From Oikopleura dioica (taxonomy: Eukaryota > Animalia > Chordata), in the NCBI GenBank assembly GCA_907165135.1, contig OU015568.1:930001-994000 (forward strand): a stretch of DNA of 64,000 nucleotides, given 5' to 3'. The position numbers and the translations under genes were made by a program. The notes beneath the pieces were generated by a model. It was not told the DNA's origin. It saw only the letters and a program-made list of their open reading frames with translations, and did not search any database. Shown here one piece after another: positions 49,006 through 60,428 of this stretch; the first letter of the stretch is position 1; the number at the start of each line of letters is the position of its first letter.

Positions 49006-49758
49006 TTGGAAGTTGTTTGTGGCACTGCTCACGAGATGATTGAAGAAGCAAAAGTGCAAGAGATACAGGAACCAAATACTAGAAGTAAGAAGATGACAAG
49101 CAGCAACGATCACACAAATGAGAAATCGTTTTACTTTGGAAGAAACCTGGATAAACAAGGCTCTTTTTTTAAAAAGGGGGAAGAATATATAGTGGATCTC
49201 AATGTGCAATACGCGCTGCGCACGGAGTTCATAGTAACTCCTGCGCAAACAAACTCCTCCGCCCGGACAGACTTCCCTGCGCACGGACAGACTTCTCTGC
49301 GCGCGGACGAAACTATCTACGCCCGTAACAAAGAACGCTTGCTCCCTACGTAAAGCCCTTTCTCCCTGTGCACAAACTTCTTTACGCACGTAAATATGCA
49401 TTCTGCCTACGGAACTCTCTTTCTTCTCACGCAACTGTCATACTTCCGTACGGACAAAGCTCTGTCCGTACGCACAGAAATAGTATATAAGTCGCTCTGC
49501 TTCGCAACTCGATACTCACTTGAAAATCAGCTCACAATGTAAAATTGCTCACTTTTTACAAAACAACGCTCACTATTTTTATCCTGCTCGCGATATCAAT
49601 AAACTACATTTTCATACTCAACTTATGTACATTGAGAAACACGTACAATTCAATAAATTACATTTGAATTAAGTTGACACATTTAAATGCATTAGAATTT
49701 ATTTGACACAGATATAGTTTCTTGTTCAAAACTCATACTTTATTCAAGAAAAAGGAAT

Positions 49759-51263
49759 TTAAATCATGTATTGCTCGAACCAGCTTTCGGGAAGAAAATT
49801 TCCAGCGTATCCAAGAACGCCCTGCCCGTAATCGACCCCTTCAACTCGATGCACTTGAAAAGTCGGCTCATTCAAGCTTTGCTTCCAGAGAAAATGCATT
49901 CGCTTTTCTCCTGTATGCCCGTGATCTTTCAGCGATTTTCCGGCGCCAGTTGTCCAGAGATACTAAAGAGTAGTATTTTCCAAACAAAAAGGGCTTACCT
50001 CGAGCTTATCATTGATTGAATCCTTTTCCGTAGCGTTTACTACTCGCAGAAAACTCATCATGATATGTGGACCATATGTTCGATGGGGATTATTTTTCAT
50101 CGAAGTAGCTTCGTATCCGCCCGCAGATGAGCCTGCTCCGCAGCCGAAGACCTTTCCGTGCACATTCACTGGATCAGCCTTTTCCTCAATTAAATCATTT
50201 GACCTCCTTTGACTCTACCTGTTGGAACCCGTTTTCGACAAGTGACCACATTTTCTGATCCGGATCAGTATCAATCGACTTCCAGTATGCCAGTTCAGCC
50301 AAATACCATTGATTCAACTCATGTTGCCAGAAAGCCTTATTTGCCGCGGTATTTCGAAATCCCTTATTTGCGAGCCAGGCGAAAAGCGGAGTGAATGTAC
50401 TGTAAGGACCCCACGGACCGGAAATGATATTAACGCCGTTTTGGGTGTATCGCTGGGGTCGCTTGTGAATAGCGATTCCAGCCGGATCAGAGGTTCCATC
50501 AACTGAGCTGTGGAACATCTCGTGGACAGCTGTGGCTGTATTGGAGACTTCAAGGTCTTCATCAAACATTGCGGAGTAGCCAAGAAGAGCGTATTCGCTG
50601 AAATAGACGTTCTTTTTGAACAAATATTAATGTTAACCTTAAAGGAGCGTTTCCAGCGCTCAGAGTATCGTCCCCATCTGCGATCATTGAGAGCCACCCG
50701 TTAATGTCAACTGTCTTTGTAAACGCAGGAACTTCCCAAATCTTCTGCGCCTCGGTTTTCACCTCTCCACCAAAGTAATTTCCTGCGAACATTATTCCAT
50801 TGAGTCCGAGAGCCGTGTCAATGGTGGACCACTCGCCGGACTTTCCGAAATCCCTAGCAGTCCAGTGAGAGAAGAAGCCAGTGCAGGGATCGCGTGGCCA
50901 CTTTTTGTAAGATTTGATGGTTTGGAGGGAGCGCTTGAAGCCTTCTTCGAAGGTTCGGAGACCGAGTTCGACTTCGATGGCGTTGATTTGCAAACCCCAG
51001 CCTAATTGGTCAATATAACACCATAAATTGCAGAACTAACCGGTTGAAGCTGAAGAGTACCAATTCGCGTACCAGGGAGCATTTGCATAATTTCCGCATC
51101 TATGTCCACTATCAGACCAGACATTATCGCAATAAAGCCCGGTCGCTGGATCCCTAAATGCATCCCACATTTTCACATGATTCTCGAAGATCTCTCTTTT
51201 TAACCCTTCAAAGGGGTACAAATGTCCATTGGACACAGCCACAAGAGCAGACAATGCTTTCAT
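49759..51263 (-). CDS. Secreted (alpha/alpha)6-type glycoside hydrolase, probably GH144/GH162 clan (endo-beta-1,2-glucanase-like)
   Basis: Signal peptide MKALSALVAVSNG, then WDAFRDPATGLYCD, SASTG|LGL, GFFSHW, EWSTIDTALGLNGIMFAGNYF, FGCGAG..AGGYEA...NNP and VEGVDYG. Canonical short introns. Family call is from remembered motifs only. Confidence 0.6.
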
Positions 51264-52922
51264 TTTTACAATTTTCTTTTGAAAATAATTCACAGGATGA
51301 TAAATTTTCGAAATGATTAAAATCACCGGTCATGTTTTCAACTCAAATCCCTTCGTTCAACTCAAAAATATCACCATCAACATCAATTTTTCGCCAATAA
51401 AAATTTCTGCTCATGCAATAAAAATGTCGATAAAAATGCTTTCAAACCAATTTTTTATTGACCAAATTAATTTTTTATTCTCGACCGTGAGAACAATTGT
51501 CGATTGTTGATTGAAATAATCATTTCTCCTTTCACAGAAAACAAAAAAAAAGCTGTCTGTTTGTCTCAGCAGGAAGCCTTTCTTTCAAAACATCCTCGAA
51601 TATAAGAAAAAAACGGAGAGAAAAAGTTGGTAAAGGAATAAGTTTCACCAGAATTTAATCGGAAAATGAAGGTTCAACTCAGTTTTGGAATCCCCAATCT
51701 ACATCTGTTCATGTTAAATACAGATCTGTGTCAGTAAGAGTGTCTAAACGGATCACTTTGGCGAGCAGTAGCCTTTGTAAATAATCGATCAGTGGAAAAG
51801 GGTCTCTACTCTTGCGCGTTGAACCTTCAGATTCTAATTTATTCACATATTCCAATTTTAATGCTAATTTAAGCAGATAGTCTCTGTTAAGAAGGCCGCT
51901 AAACGAGTAGAAGAAAAAGAAGACATAGAAGTTTATTGATCCTGGAAGAGACGAATTTATATGAATGCGACGGAGAGCTTCAGAAACCGGGTTCAAAATA
52001 TATAAACCAGAATTTCAAAAAAGAAAATTTTTTAAAAACTCGAGCAAAGACTTCTGTCAGTGGAGCTGGAAAGAGACTGGAGAAAGTTTGTCGAAGTTAC
52101 ATTTGTCTTTGGAGGTATTTATTACGGGCCATTTATTGGGTTAGCACTAGAACTTTTCAATATTCGATTTTCGAGACACCATAAAATTCCACTTTTTTAT
52201 AAGAATTTGTAAATTAAAGCTCGAAATCCGACGAGCTTAAATCAGATAAATTGCAACTAAATTTTTTAGTCGCCCACGTTTTTTTTGGGGATATTTTACT
52301 TTAATAACTTTACTTTCTATTCAAATAATGTAGCCCTTTTATTCCTGATTCTGCGCTCATTCTACACAGGTTGCAATCAACACGATGTCAGAAGGTTCAG
52401 AAAAAAGTCGCAGATGATTACGCGCCCCTTCAAAGTCAGTTTGGTAAAGAGAAAAGCATCATTATAATTTATCAAATAATATAATGACGTTATTCTCACT
52501 TATCTATTGTCAATAAAAGATAATAAGTCGGGCTTCTATTAAGCGGTCGAGGGGAGGATCACGTCGAGTGAAAGGAGCCAACGATTCTCAAAGCCAAATT
52601 CTTCAACCAATTGAGTGTATTTGATTAATTGCCATCTTTTTCTGAATTCTGTATTTGTAGCTTTGAATAAATTTTGCTATCTTTAGCTTTCATTTCTTCA
52701 TTTCTTGATTTTGCTGAAAATGATAATTTTCAGCTCAAGTCAGTCATATTCTCGTAACTGACGACTTGACCTAGTCTCGGAGCAAATTGGATTTCTCGCG
52801 AAACAAACACCGGTTTCCGCGGACAGGCAGCTTGCTCAAGCCCTTATAAGCTCGCGCAACTTGGGATTCCTCAACAATTCTTTTTGGATACACAAAAAGA
52901 AAAAAAACAAAAAAATAAAAAA

Positions 52923-53700
52923 ATGAAACTTGCCTATTTTTTCAGCGCTCTTACCTTTGCCCAGGAAGTTTTCGAAGAAACAACCACCTCTGTTGAAGGT
53001 AAAAAATATCTCAAATATTTAGTTCCCAAATTTTAAAAACCCAAATTAAGGAATTGATGAGCGAGGACGAAAGAAAAACAACAAGAACAATAAAAACAAC
53101 TATCCTTCCTACACTACCACCGCTGCTCCCTACGTGGACCCCTACGCCAACCAAGACCCTAACTACGCTGGAGACAACTATCAAGCGCCAGCAAACAACG
53201 ACAACGCCGGCGGAAACTACGACAACTCCTACCAGGATCCAGTCACTCAAGTTCCAACATGGGTCAATCCAAACGAGCAGCCTCAAGTTGCTCCCTGGGT
53301 CAACCCCAACGAAGCTCCCCAGGTCGCCCCTTGGGTCAACTCTAACGAAGCTCCTCAAGTTCCACCATACGTTAACCAGAACGACTACCAAGTGCCATCT
53401 TGGGTTAATCCCAACGAAGCTGCCCAAGTCGCTCCTTGGGTCAACCCAAATGAAGCACCACAGGTTCCTCCCTACGTTAACCAGAACGACTACCAGGTTC
53501 CCTCCTGGGTAAACCCCAACGAAGCCCCACAAGTCGCTCCATGGGTCAACCCGAACGAGGCTCCTCAAGTTGCTCCTTGGGTCAACCCGAATGAGCAGCC
53601 ACAAGTTCCACCATACGTCGCGCCCAACAACAACTACAACAGCAATTACAATAACAACAATAGCAACAACTATGGAAACAACTACAGAAGACGAAGATAA
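52923..53700 (+). CDS. Secreted repetitive Pro/Asn/Gln-rich protein (PQVAPWVNPNE repeats)
   Basis: Signal peptide MKLAYFFSALTFA and intron 52999-53050. About a dozen PQV(A/P)P(W/Y)VN(P/Q)N(E/D) units with synonymous codon variation; ends NYRRRR*. Confidence 0.85.
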
Positions 53701-53731
53701 ATACAGTACATTCTCTATCAATACAGTTGAT

Positions 53732-54174
53732 CTGGGGTCGGCAACCGGACAGGACAACAGGACATCTGTGTCCTGTCATGTCCGGTTTTATGTCCTGTTA
53801 CCGGACAGGACAGGACAGGACACCGGTTTTTGGTGTCCTGTTCCGTGTCCGGTCCACAATTCAGCCTCTAAATAACCTATTTTTTCCACTACAATGTGTA
53901 TCGAAACAAAATTTGTTCTTCGTAACTTCACGAAAAATATATTATATTCGAATTTGTCAGTTTTCTGTACTTATTGATCTCTATCAATTTACTTTTAATA
54001 CATATATCTAGTATTCTTCTTAAAAACCACGTATTTTGATTAAATTTTTTGTAAAAAAGAGTCACCGGACGCGACCGGACATAACCGGACAGGACAGGAC
54101 ATCGCCCTGTCAAATGTCCTGCCGGACAGGACAGGACAGGACACGGCTATTTGGTGTCCGGTTGCCGACCCCAG
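53732..54174. mobile_element. Non-autonomous hAT MITE (Charlie-like TIR)
   Basis: TIR CTGGGGTCGGCAACCGGACA with 8-bp duplication CAGTTGAT (53724-53731, 54175-54182). Subterminal GGACA pentamer arrays. Confidence 0.93.
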
Positions 54175-54320
54175 CAGTTGATTCATCAAATTTTTAGTGT
54201 ATCTTCCTATTGTCTATTATTTACAGTCAGAGCTCTGTAGTACAGTTGGCGCAAAAGCAGTTTAAATTCTTGAGGTCGAACGGATAAATAGCTATTTACA
54301 GTAGTTGCTTCTTTTTCTTC

Positions 54321-55540
54321 TTACTGGCAGGTGAACTTCTTTCCATTCTTGAGACAGGCTAACCCGTCGGCACATGGAGGTCTTCTGTATTTCGCTCGTT
54401 CTGGTTTCGGACTGCATGGCTAAAAGAAAAAAGTGTGATTTCAGGCGGCCAGGCTTAGCGGAATCAACAAGGAGTATCAAAGAGGAGCTGGAAAAACTTT
54501 CGCGCAGATTCTTGTCTTTGATCTTTTCAATTTTGGTTTTCAAAGAGAAAAACCATAAATTTTCTTTTCTAGCGACAAATATAAAATTAAGAAAAAAATA
54601 TTAATTGGAAAATAAAATAAAATGCAGAAAAAATACTCGATTTTAGAATTAATATCAAAAATTCTTAAGCAATTAATCAGTCTTTCTCTATTTTAGGTCG
54701 CTGAGGTGACGAAAGGAAAAAATGTTATAATGAAATAATTATTTATTTGAGCAACGGTGCTTAGCCCTTTGAAGATCAAAGGCGGCCGCGAGCGATTTTC
54801 CCCTTTGATCTGCGCGGCCCTTGAAGCGAAAAGCGCTATCGACTCAAAACCAACGAGCGTTCAAGTCTTATCTCGCTTTTTTATTCTAACGCAGCTTACA
54901 GTACACTGGCGGACGATCTGACTTATCGCTGTCTTCAAGACATTTTCAGCTCTTTTGAACAACTTTCAATCAAAAAACTCGTTTAAAAATATTCCCGAGA
55001 TCTCAAGTTTTCCAGAAAATTTCCTCTTGAATCTTTTGATCATAGTCAGCAGTGAAACAAGTTCATACCTTATCTTTTGCCAGAGGCGTGTGGCAGAAAC
55101 CATGGCTGTGTTTTGAGTGGCGCGCGCAGATTTCGCGATGCTTACAGCTTTTCTGGGTTAGACATCGGAGCCTCCGACGTCTTGACCGCGTTCGTCTTGA
55201 TTTCGGCGAACTCTAGAATTTTTTCTTATGAAAATTTGATTGAAATAAAAGAGGATGAAACATTACCCTAACCTAGGCACTTTGACTTGGGGTGCCTTGA
55301 GAGGTCCTTTCAGCCACCCTGGTTTTTAACCCTAACCCTAGCTCTTACCTTTTTTCTTCGTTTGGAGCAAACGCCATTTCTACACTCATTCTTCGCATTG
55401 CCCCCCTCTCCTTGACAGCATTCAATATCTTCAGTACACTTTTGTTTCTTCTTCAAGCATTTGTGGCACTTTCCAAAGGGATGACCGTTCTCCAGTCTGA
55501 AACAGAATCGCCGACTCGGGCAATCATCGTGTATCGTACA
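54321..55540 (-). CDS. Dkk: Dickkopf-family Wnt modulator (first exon(s) upstream of 55540 not resolved)
   Basis: Exon 55349-55540 gives Cys-1 CTIHDDCPSRRFC...CHKCLKKKQKCTEDIECC...CRNGVC. Exons 55069-55212 and 54321-54419 give Cys-2 CLTQKSCKHREICARH...FCHTPLAKDK|PC...CADGLAC...FTCQ*. Both introns are phase-0 GT-AG. Confidence 0.82.
54766..54810. promoter_or_regulatory. Cluster of three TCF/LEF consensus sites in the Dkk intron
   Basis: CCTTTGAA at 54766, AGATCAAAGG at 54773 and CCTTTGATC at 54802, with adjacent GC-rich GCGGCCGCG. Confidence 0.55.
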
Positions 55541-57132
55541 CTAAAAACCAAACATGAAGGACAAGAAATCATGAAAGAAAAGCGATAGACGATCAGAGAT
55601 CAAAAAAGGTCCTTTGCTGCAAATTTACGAACTTATGGGAAGCATGAGTCGAGTGAACAAGGTCGATTCAAGCCGTTTGATCTGCCCCGCGGCGACGATT
55701 TTAGGGAAGAGCCGCCTTCCGACCGGAGGCCAAATAAAATTAGAATCCGCGAGAAAGAATAAACACTACTGTACTTAAATGGCAGTCATGAACCAATTTC
55801 TCCTTTTTCTGTTAAAGAAGATGACATCATGTGTCAATTTTAAGGTGTTCAAGAATGGGGTTTGATTTAGGAAATTAACGCCGCTTAGATCTTTAGCGCT
55901 GCTAAGACTAAACACTTCGCAAGACCCCTTTGATCTTTCCAGATCATTCCTTTCGACGCTTTTTTGTCTTTTTCTTACTGTAAAGACAACTGAAAACATA
56001 CAGTGTTGTCTGTTTTATCTCAGCTTGACCGCCCAGATCTCTGTTGGCGGTTTTGCGGTGGCGGCGTGACAATATAAAAAGTAAAAGATCGAGCTGTTAA
56101 TTTATCACTGGTGCTTTGATTTTCGAAAATGTTTTCCGATTCGTGTTTTAATTTGATAAGTCAGTTCCGGGAGAAAAGCAGTTAAATTCTTCAACGGAGA
56201 AAAAAATGTGACACCAATTTATGGCCCCTAGCCCTACGTCACTACACACGAAAATGGATTATCAAGGGTTAAGGGGGTCAATCCAATTTTGAGAGAAAAA
56301 AACCAAAGATACAGTTATTCTTGTGAGAAGCGAAAACAACGAAGACGCGAAAATTTACGGTCGCCTGTGGGTTGGCATGTTGATCAATGTGTCACGTGAT
56401 CAAAGAAGCGATCAAATGCGAAGCGAAAGCCAACTGGCAGCTTTATCTTCCCCCCATGTTTGTTTTCATTTCTTCACAACTTTCATCAGAAGAATACATT
56501 TTTTCTACCCCCTACCTCTTGATTCTGATGGAGTCCCAGGGAGTCGAGCTTTTTGAGAATTTTTCGTCGGTGTTTCTTTCTGCTTTCTTTTTCTAGAGCG
56601 CGAGGAGTGACTGTAGCTTCAGGAATTCGCTCGATTAAGGATTGAGCGGACACTTCTGTGCCTAAATTTTCAATTTTTTTTTAGATTTATTTTTCTTAAA
56701 AGAATTTTACCTGCGATAGTAAAAAGAAAAAGAATAATCCACTTCATTCGATCTTCATAAAATTCTTTCTTCTTCGTCGCTTTTTGATTTTTTTTTCTCT
56801 TATTAGTTGAATAATTTCTTGATTTAAATTTTGATAGTAATAAGTAGGCTCAGGTAGATTTTTGCAAGCCGTGAGAATAGCGCGTAGCGTCTCTCCAGAG
56901 CGCCCTCGGGCGCGTTTTTTTCTAGCGCGGTCATGAAAGAAGATCAAAACTTTTGTCAGGAAAGTTCTTTTTTTTCCCGGATTTTAAATTGGGATAAAAT
57001 TTGGTTCAGCATGCTCTTTTTTTTTTCTTCTTGAAAATCTTCTTGAAAATTTCAAAAAAAAAAATGATTTGGAAAATTTTCAAAAAAAAAATATCTGAAA
57101 AAGTTTAAAATAAACGTCAACTCGTTCCAGAC

Positions 57133-58634
57133 CAGGGCTGGTAAATTCGCGTCCTAAAATCTGTCGAAAATTTTTAGTGCACTAAAATTAGTGCGCGAAT
57201 TTATTTTGCCGAGACTTTAGTGACTTTCGCGTCACTTTCGCGTGTGTCTCGAAAAGTGTCGAAAATAAGGGCTGCTGATTGGCGCGCCAATGAGCGCGGG
57301 CTCTTTAATTCTGAAGAATACGTAAGTTTAAGAATTTCAAAGTTTGAAATTCAAACTTCGTTAATATTTGAATTTCAAAGAGTTTCAATAAAGTGGATTG
57401 GGTAATCGAGGGCGTGAATTTTAATATAGTCAAAAATGACTTTATCAATCCATTTGTTAATTTTCTTTATAAATATAAAGTAACAAATATAGCTTATATT
57501 ATATAGGGAAAAATAGAATTCATTTTTTGTTTGCAACTCTTTCTGTGCTGGATTTGAATGATAAGCTTAGACTCTTAGCCTAAGATTAGCTTTCTAAGGG
57601 AGGTCTTCTCCCTAATTTTTTTATTGAAGCTTGTTCTTCCTGCATTTTCCCTTTCTTGTCAATCTTCTTCTTGTCGTCGTTCGACTAATCTTCGGTGTCC
57701 TCAAAAGCCATTTTGGTAATGCATTACCAAATTCGGCAAAAAAGTGTCGTTTTTTTCATTCAAAGAGCGAGTGTGCGCTCCGCGCCTGTAAAATAGAAAA
57801 CTTGTGGGGTGTTTTATTCATTAACTTGGCGAAAAAATATATATAAATTGATAATCGACAACCGAAAATTGGTAATGGGTTACCAAAAATTTTGGTAATG
57901 AGTCCGACCGTTCCCCGAAAGTAGAACGTATCAGTCAAGGCTGCTCTAGCTTCAGAGTCTGTTGAGGACAGCGATGAGAAGTCGTCGGACGATGACAAGA
58001 AGAAGAAAGGCAAAAAATGAAGAAAAGCAGGAAGATCCAGCTGCGGATGGCCCTGCGATAAAAAATTAGGGAGAAGACCTCCCTAGCAAAGCTTATCTTA
58101 GCTCATCATTAAAATATTCGACAAAAAGAATTTTCAACAAAAGTTGACTTTTATTCCTTTCAACTTCTTTGTTACTAAATTAGGACACTGGAAATATATT
58201 TTTTTTTCGCAAAACTCAAAAGTACTTGTTTCAAAGAACTAATACGCTCAGGTGAAAGAGGATGATCGATAACCTTAGCTGACTTAATTTGGTGGGGGGC
58301 TGAAAACGATTTTTTAAAAATTAAATTGTGTCATATTTATGATGCATTGATTTTTAAATATCTAGCAGTTTCAGTTTGAAGAAATTCTTCCCTGGCAAAA
58401 ATCGTCTTCCATGAAACATCCGGGAAGAGCCCATTGGATGATGAAAAAGAGCCTCTTTTTTCGCGTCTTTAGTGCTGATCAGCTCTCGAAAAGTCACTAA
58501 TTTCCCCAAGAGGAAAAATTAGTGTCATTTTAGTGCACTAAAGGCGCGAAAGACGCGAAAATGTCTCTAAAAAAATTAGTGCACTAATTTTTTTTTTCTT
58601 CGAGAGAAAATAGTGCGCTCATTTACCAGCCCTG
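57133..58634. mobile_element. Non-autonomous hAT element, 1502 bp
   Basis: TIR CAGGGCTGGTAAAT / ATTTACCAGCCCTG with 8-bp duplication TTCCAGAC (57125-57132, 58635-58642). Subterminal TTAGTGCACTAA repeats; no transposase. Confidence 0.92.
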
Positions 58635-59819
58635 TTCCAGACTCCCATCGTCTTTTCTTTCAAGGATCAATTTCGCATGGATTTCCTTAATCTTTGCCGC
58701 GGCGGTTTTCACGTCATGAAAGTTTCAAATTCAACAATTACAGTGTTTCCGATAAGAAAAGACATCATTCTGACGACAAAAATTTTACGTGGATGAACCT
58801 GTCAGTCGGCTGTAATTAAATTTTTAGTCAGGAGTCTACTACGAGTGTCCTAAAGCATGTGACTTTGATAAGAAAACATCATGTGAGGCAAAAGTTTAAG
58901 CCAATTTAGCCAGACGGAGATCCTTATTTTTAAGGCCGTAGATTACATCTCCGCTTTTAGATTTTCACTTATCCAGACTTTCATCCGTATAGATTTTCAG
59001 TATAAGAATTTCGTTCGTATGAGAAAAAAAGTAAACTTAGAGGCACGCACGAATGCTGCTGAAAGAAACTGAGAACTTTGATTTTTGCCGCCTTCCTCTT
59101 TCGCACTTCCTTGATTTCAGCTCTCATCTCCCACACAGAAGAAAGACGGTTTATTTCTTCAATAACTAAATTTCATTAATCAGGTCTATCTTGAAAATGA
59201 TACTTAAGGTAGCCTAAAGGTAGCTAAGGCTGCGTTTTTTTTTACTCAATCTGATCTTAGGATTTAAATTAATACAAATACCTCGATCACTGTCAGTAAT
59301 GAAAATGTATATCTGAGCCCAAGACTGTCATAGTTATGGTGTTTTTACATAAAGTTCAGATAAATCTAGAGAATTATCAAAAAATATTGTCTGCAAATGA
59401 TGGAGCTGACAATGCTCATTCAGTCATCCTTGACTTGGTGAATGTGTCGCCTTTTAATGTTCTTACTTAGTGGATTCAAATTAAAAAGATCGTTTTCCTT
59501 CATATGTTAAGCTTTCTGGCCCAAGAATGCACAAGGCAACAATTGCATCAAGTTAGACCCTTTTTCCCGCATTTCTCCCCCATTTAATAAGATACTTTTA
59601 TCATCTAATGCGAGTTAGTCAATGTGCCAGTCATTTCATTTCTTGTGACGCAACGGTCGTCGGAACTCGCGCCCAGCAAATCTGATCTGAAATCATTGAT
59701 AGCCCGCCTTCGGTTTCCATCACGCGACTTCATCCCCGAACTATAAAGTTCGCCCTTCTTCGCTGTTCCCACGCAAATTAAAAGTAAAAGCTTAAAGTAA
59801 AACAAAAAATATTTAAAAA

Positions 59820-60023
59820 ATGAACTTTTCAATCATCCTTTTCGTTCTCCTTCAAATCGCCTCGGCAGCCCCTAGCGGCTCAAGAATCAGCTGGATGGAG
59901 CATCGAAATTCGCAAAGAGACATGGCTTTGGCCGAAAGAGTCTCGAGAAAATTCATGAGCAAGAGAAGAAATTCATTCAGAATGCGCGGAAATGCAATGA
60001 GAGGATTCTTCGTTGATTTCTAA
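59820..60023 (+). CDS. 67-aa secreted basic peptide precursor
   Basis: Signal peptide MNFSIILFVLLQIASA and an Arg/Met-rich mature part with RK and KRR sites. AATAAA lies ~85 bp downstream. Confidence 0.65.
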   Translation: MNFSIILFVLLQIASAAPSGSRISWMEHRNSQRDMALAERVSRKFMSKRRNSFRMRGNAMRGFFVDF

Positions 60024-60428
60024 AATAGCAAAATTGAAAAAGGATTTTTCGATGATTTGGTTTTCTGCAAAATCTTTGTAAACTCACTTCTCTGTAACTA
60101 TTTAAATAAAAGTAAATATTTAAAAAATGGTTTTCTCTTCAATTTTGTCTTCGTTGATTTCAGTCTGCAGAAAGTTCATTTTTTCTAGAAGAAAAACAGC
60201 TTTAGGAAAAACATTGGCATTTGAAATCAGTTTAAAAGTGAGCGAACTAATAAAAATGTCGACAAATAACCAGAGGAAGGGATTTTATATGTCATTATTT
60301 TGTCGAAAATTGTTCATGAAAGAACTTTTTCGGCTTTTCGGCCCGAAAATTAAGTTGCGAAACCCGCAAAAAAAAAACAAAAATCGAAAGGATTTTTTTG
60401 AAAAATCCAATGAAGACGACATCGCACG

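Larger units (their letters stand above)
46666..49647 (+). mobile_element. Non-autonomous Ty3/gypsy (Tor-like) LTR element, gag-only, 2982 bp
   Basis: LTRs 46666-47125 and 49188-49647 (460 bp each, no difference seen by eye). ATTC target duplication at 46662-46665 and 49648-49651. PBS-like TGGTGAC at 47131; PPT AAAAAGGGGGAAGAA at 49171-49185. Confidence 0.93.

Noticed and set aside
53011-53757. 248-aa minus-strand ORF and the 53054-53512 Thr-rich ORF
   Set aside because: They are antisense and alternate-frame shadows of the repeat protein, whose own frame shows the synonymous-change pattern.
55265-55342. Telomere-like CCCTAA units
   Set aside because: Only 2-3 imperfect units in an intron; not a telomeric array.
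55349-55460. Conotoxin/knottin-like C-C-CC-C-C motif
   Set aside because: With the four upstream cysteines and the downstream exons it is the Dickkopf Cys-1 domain.
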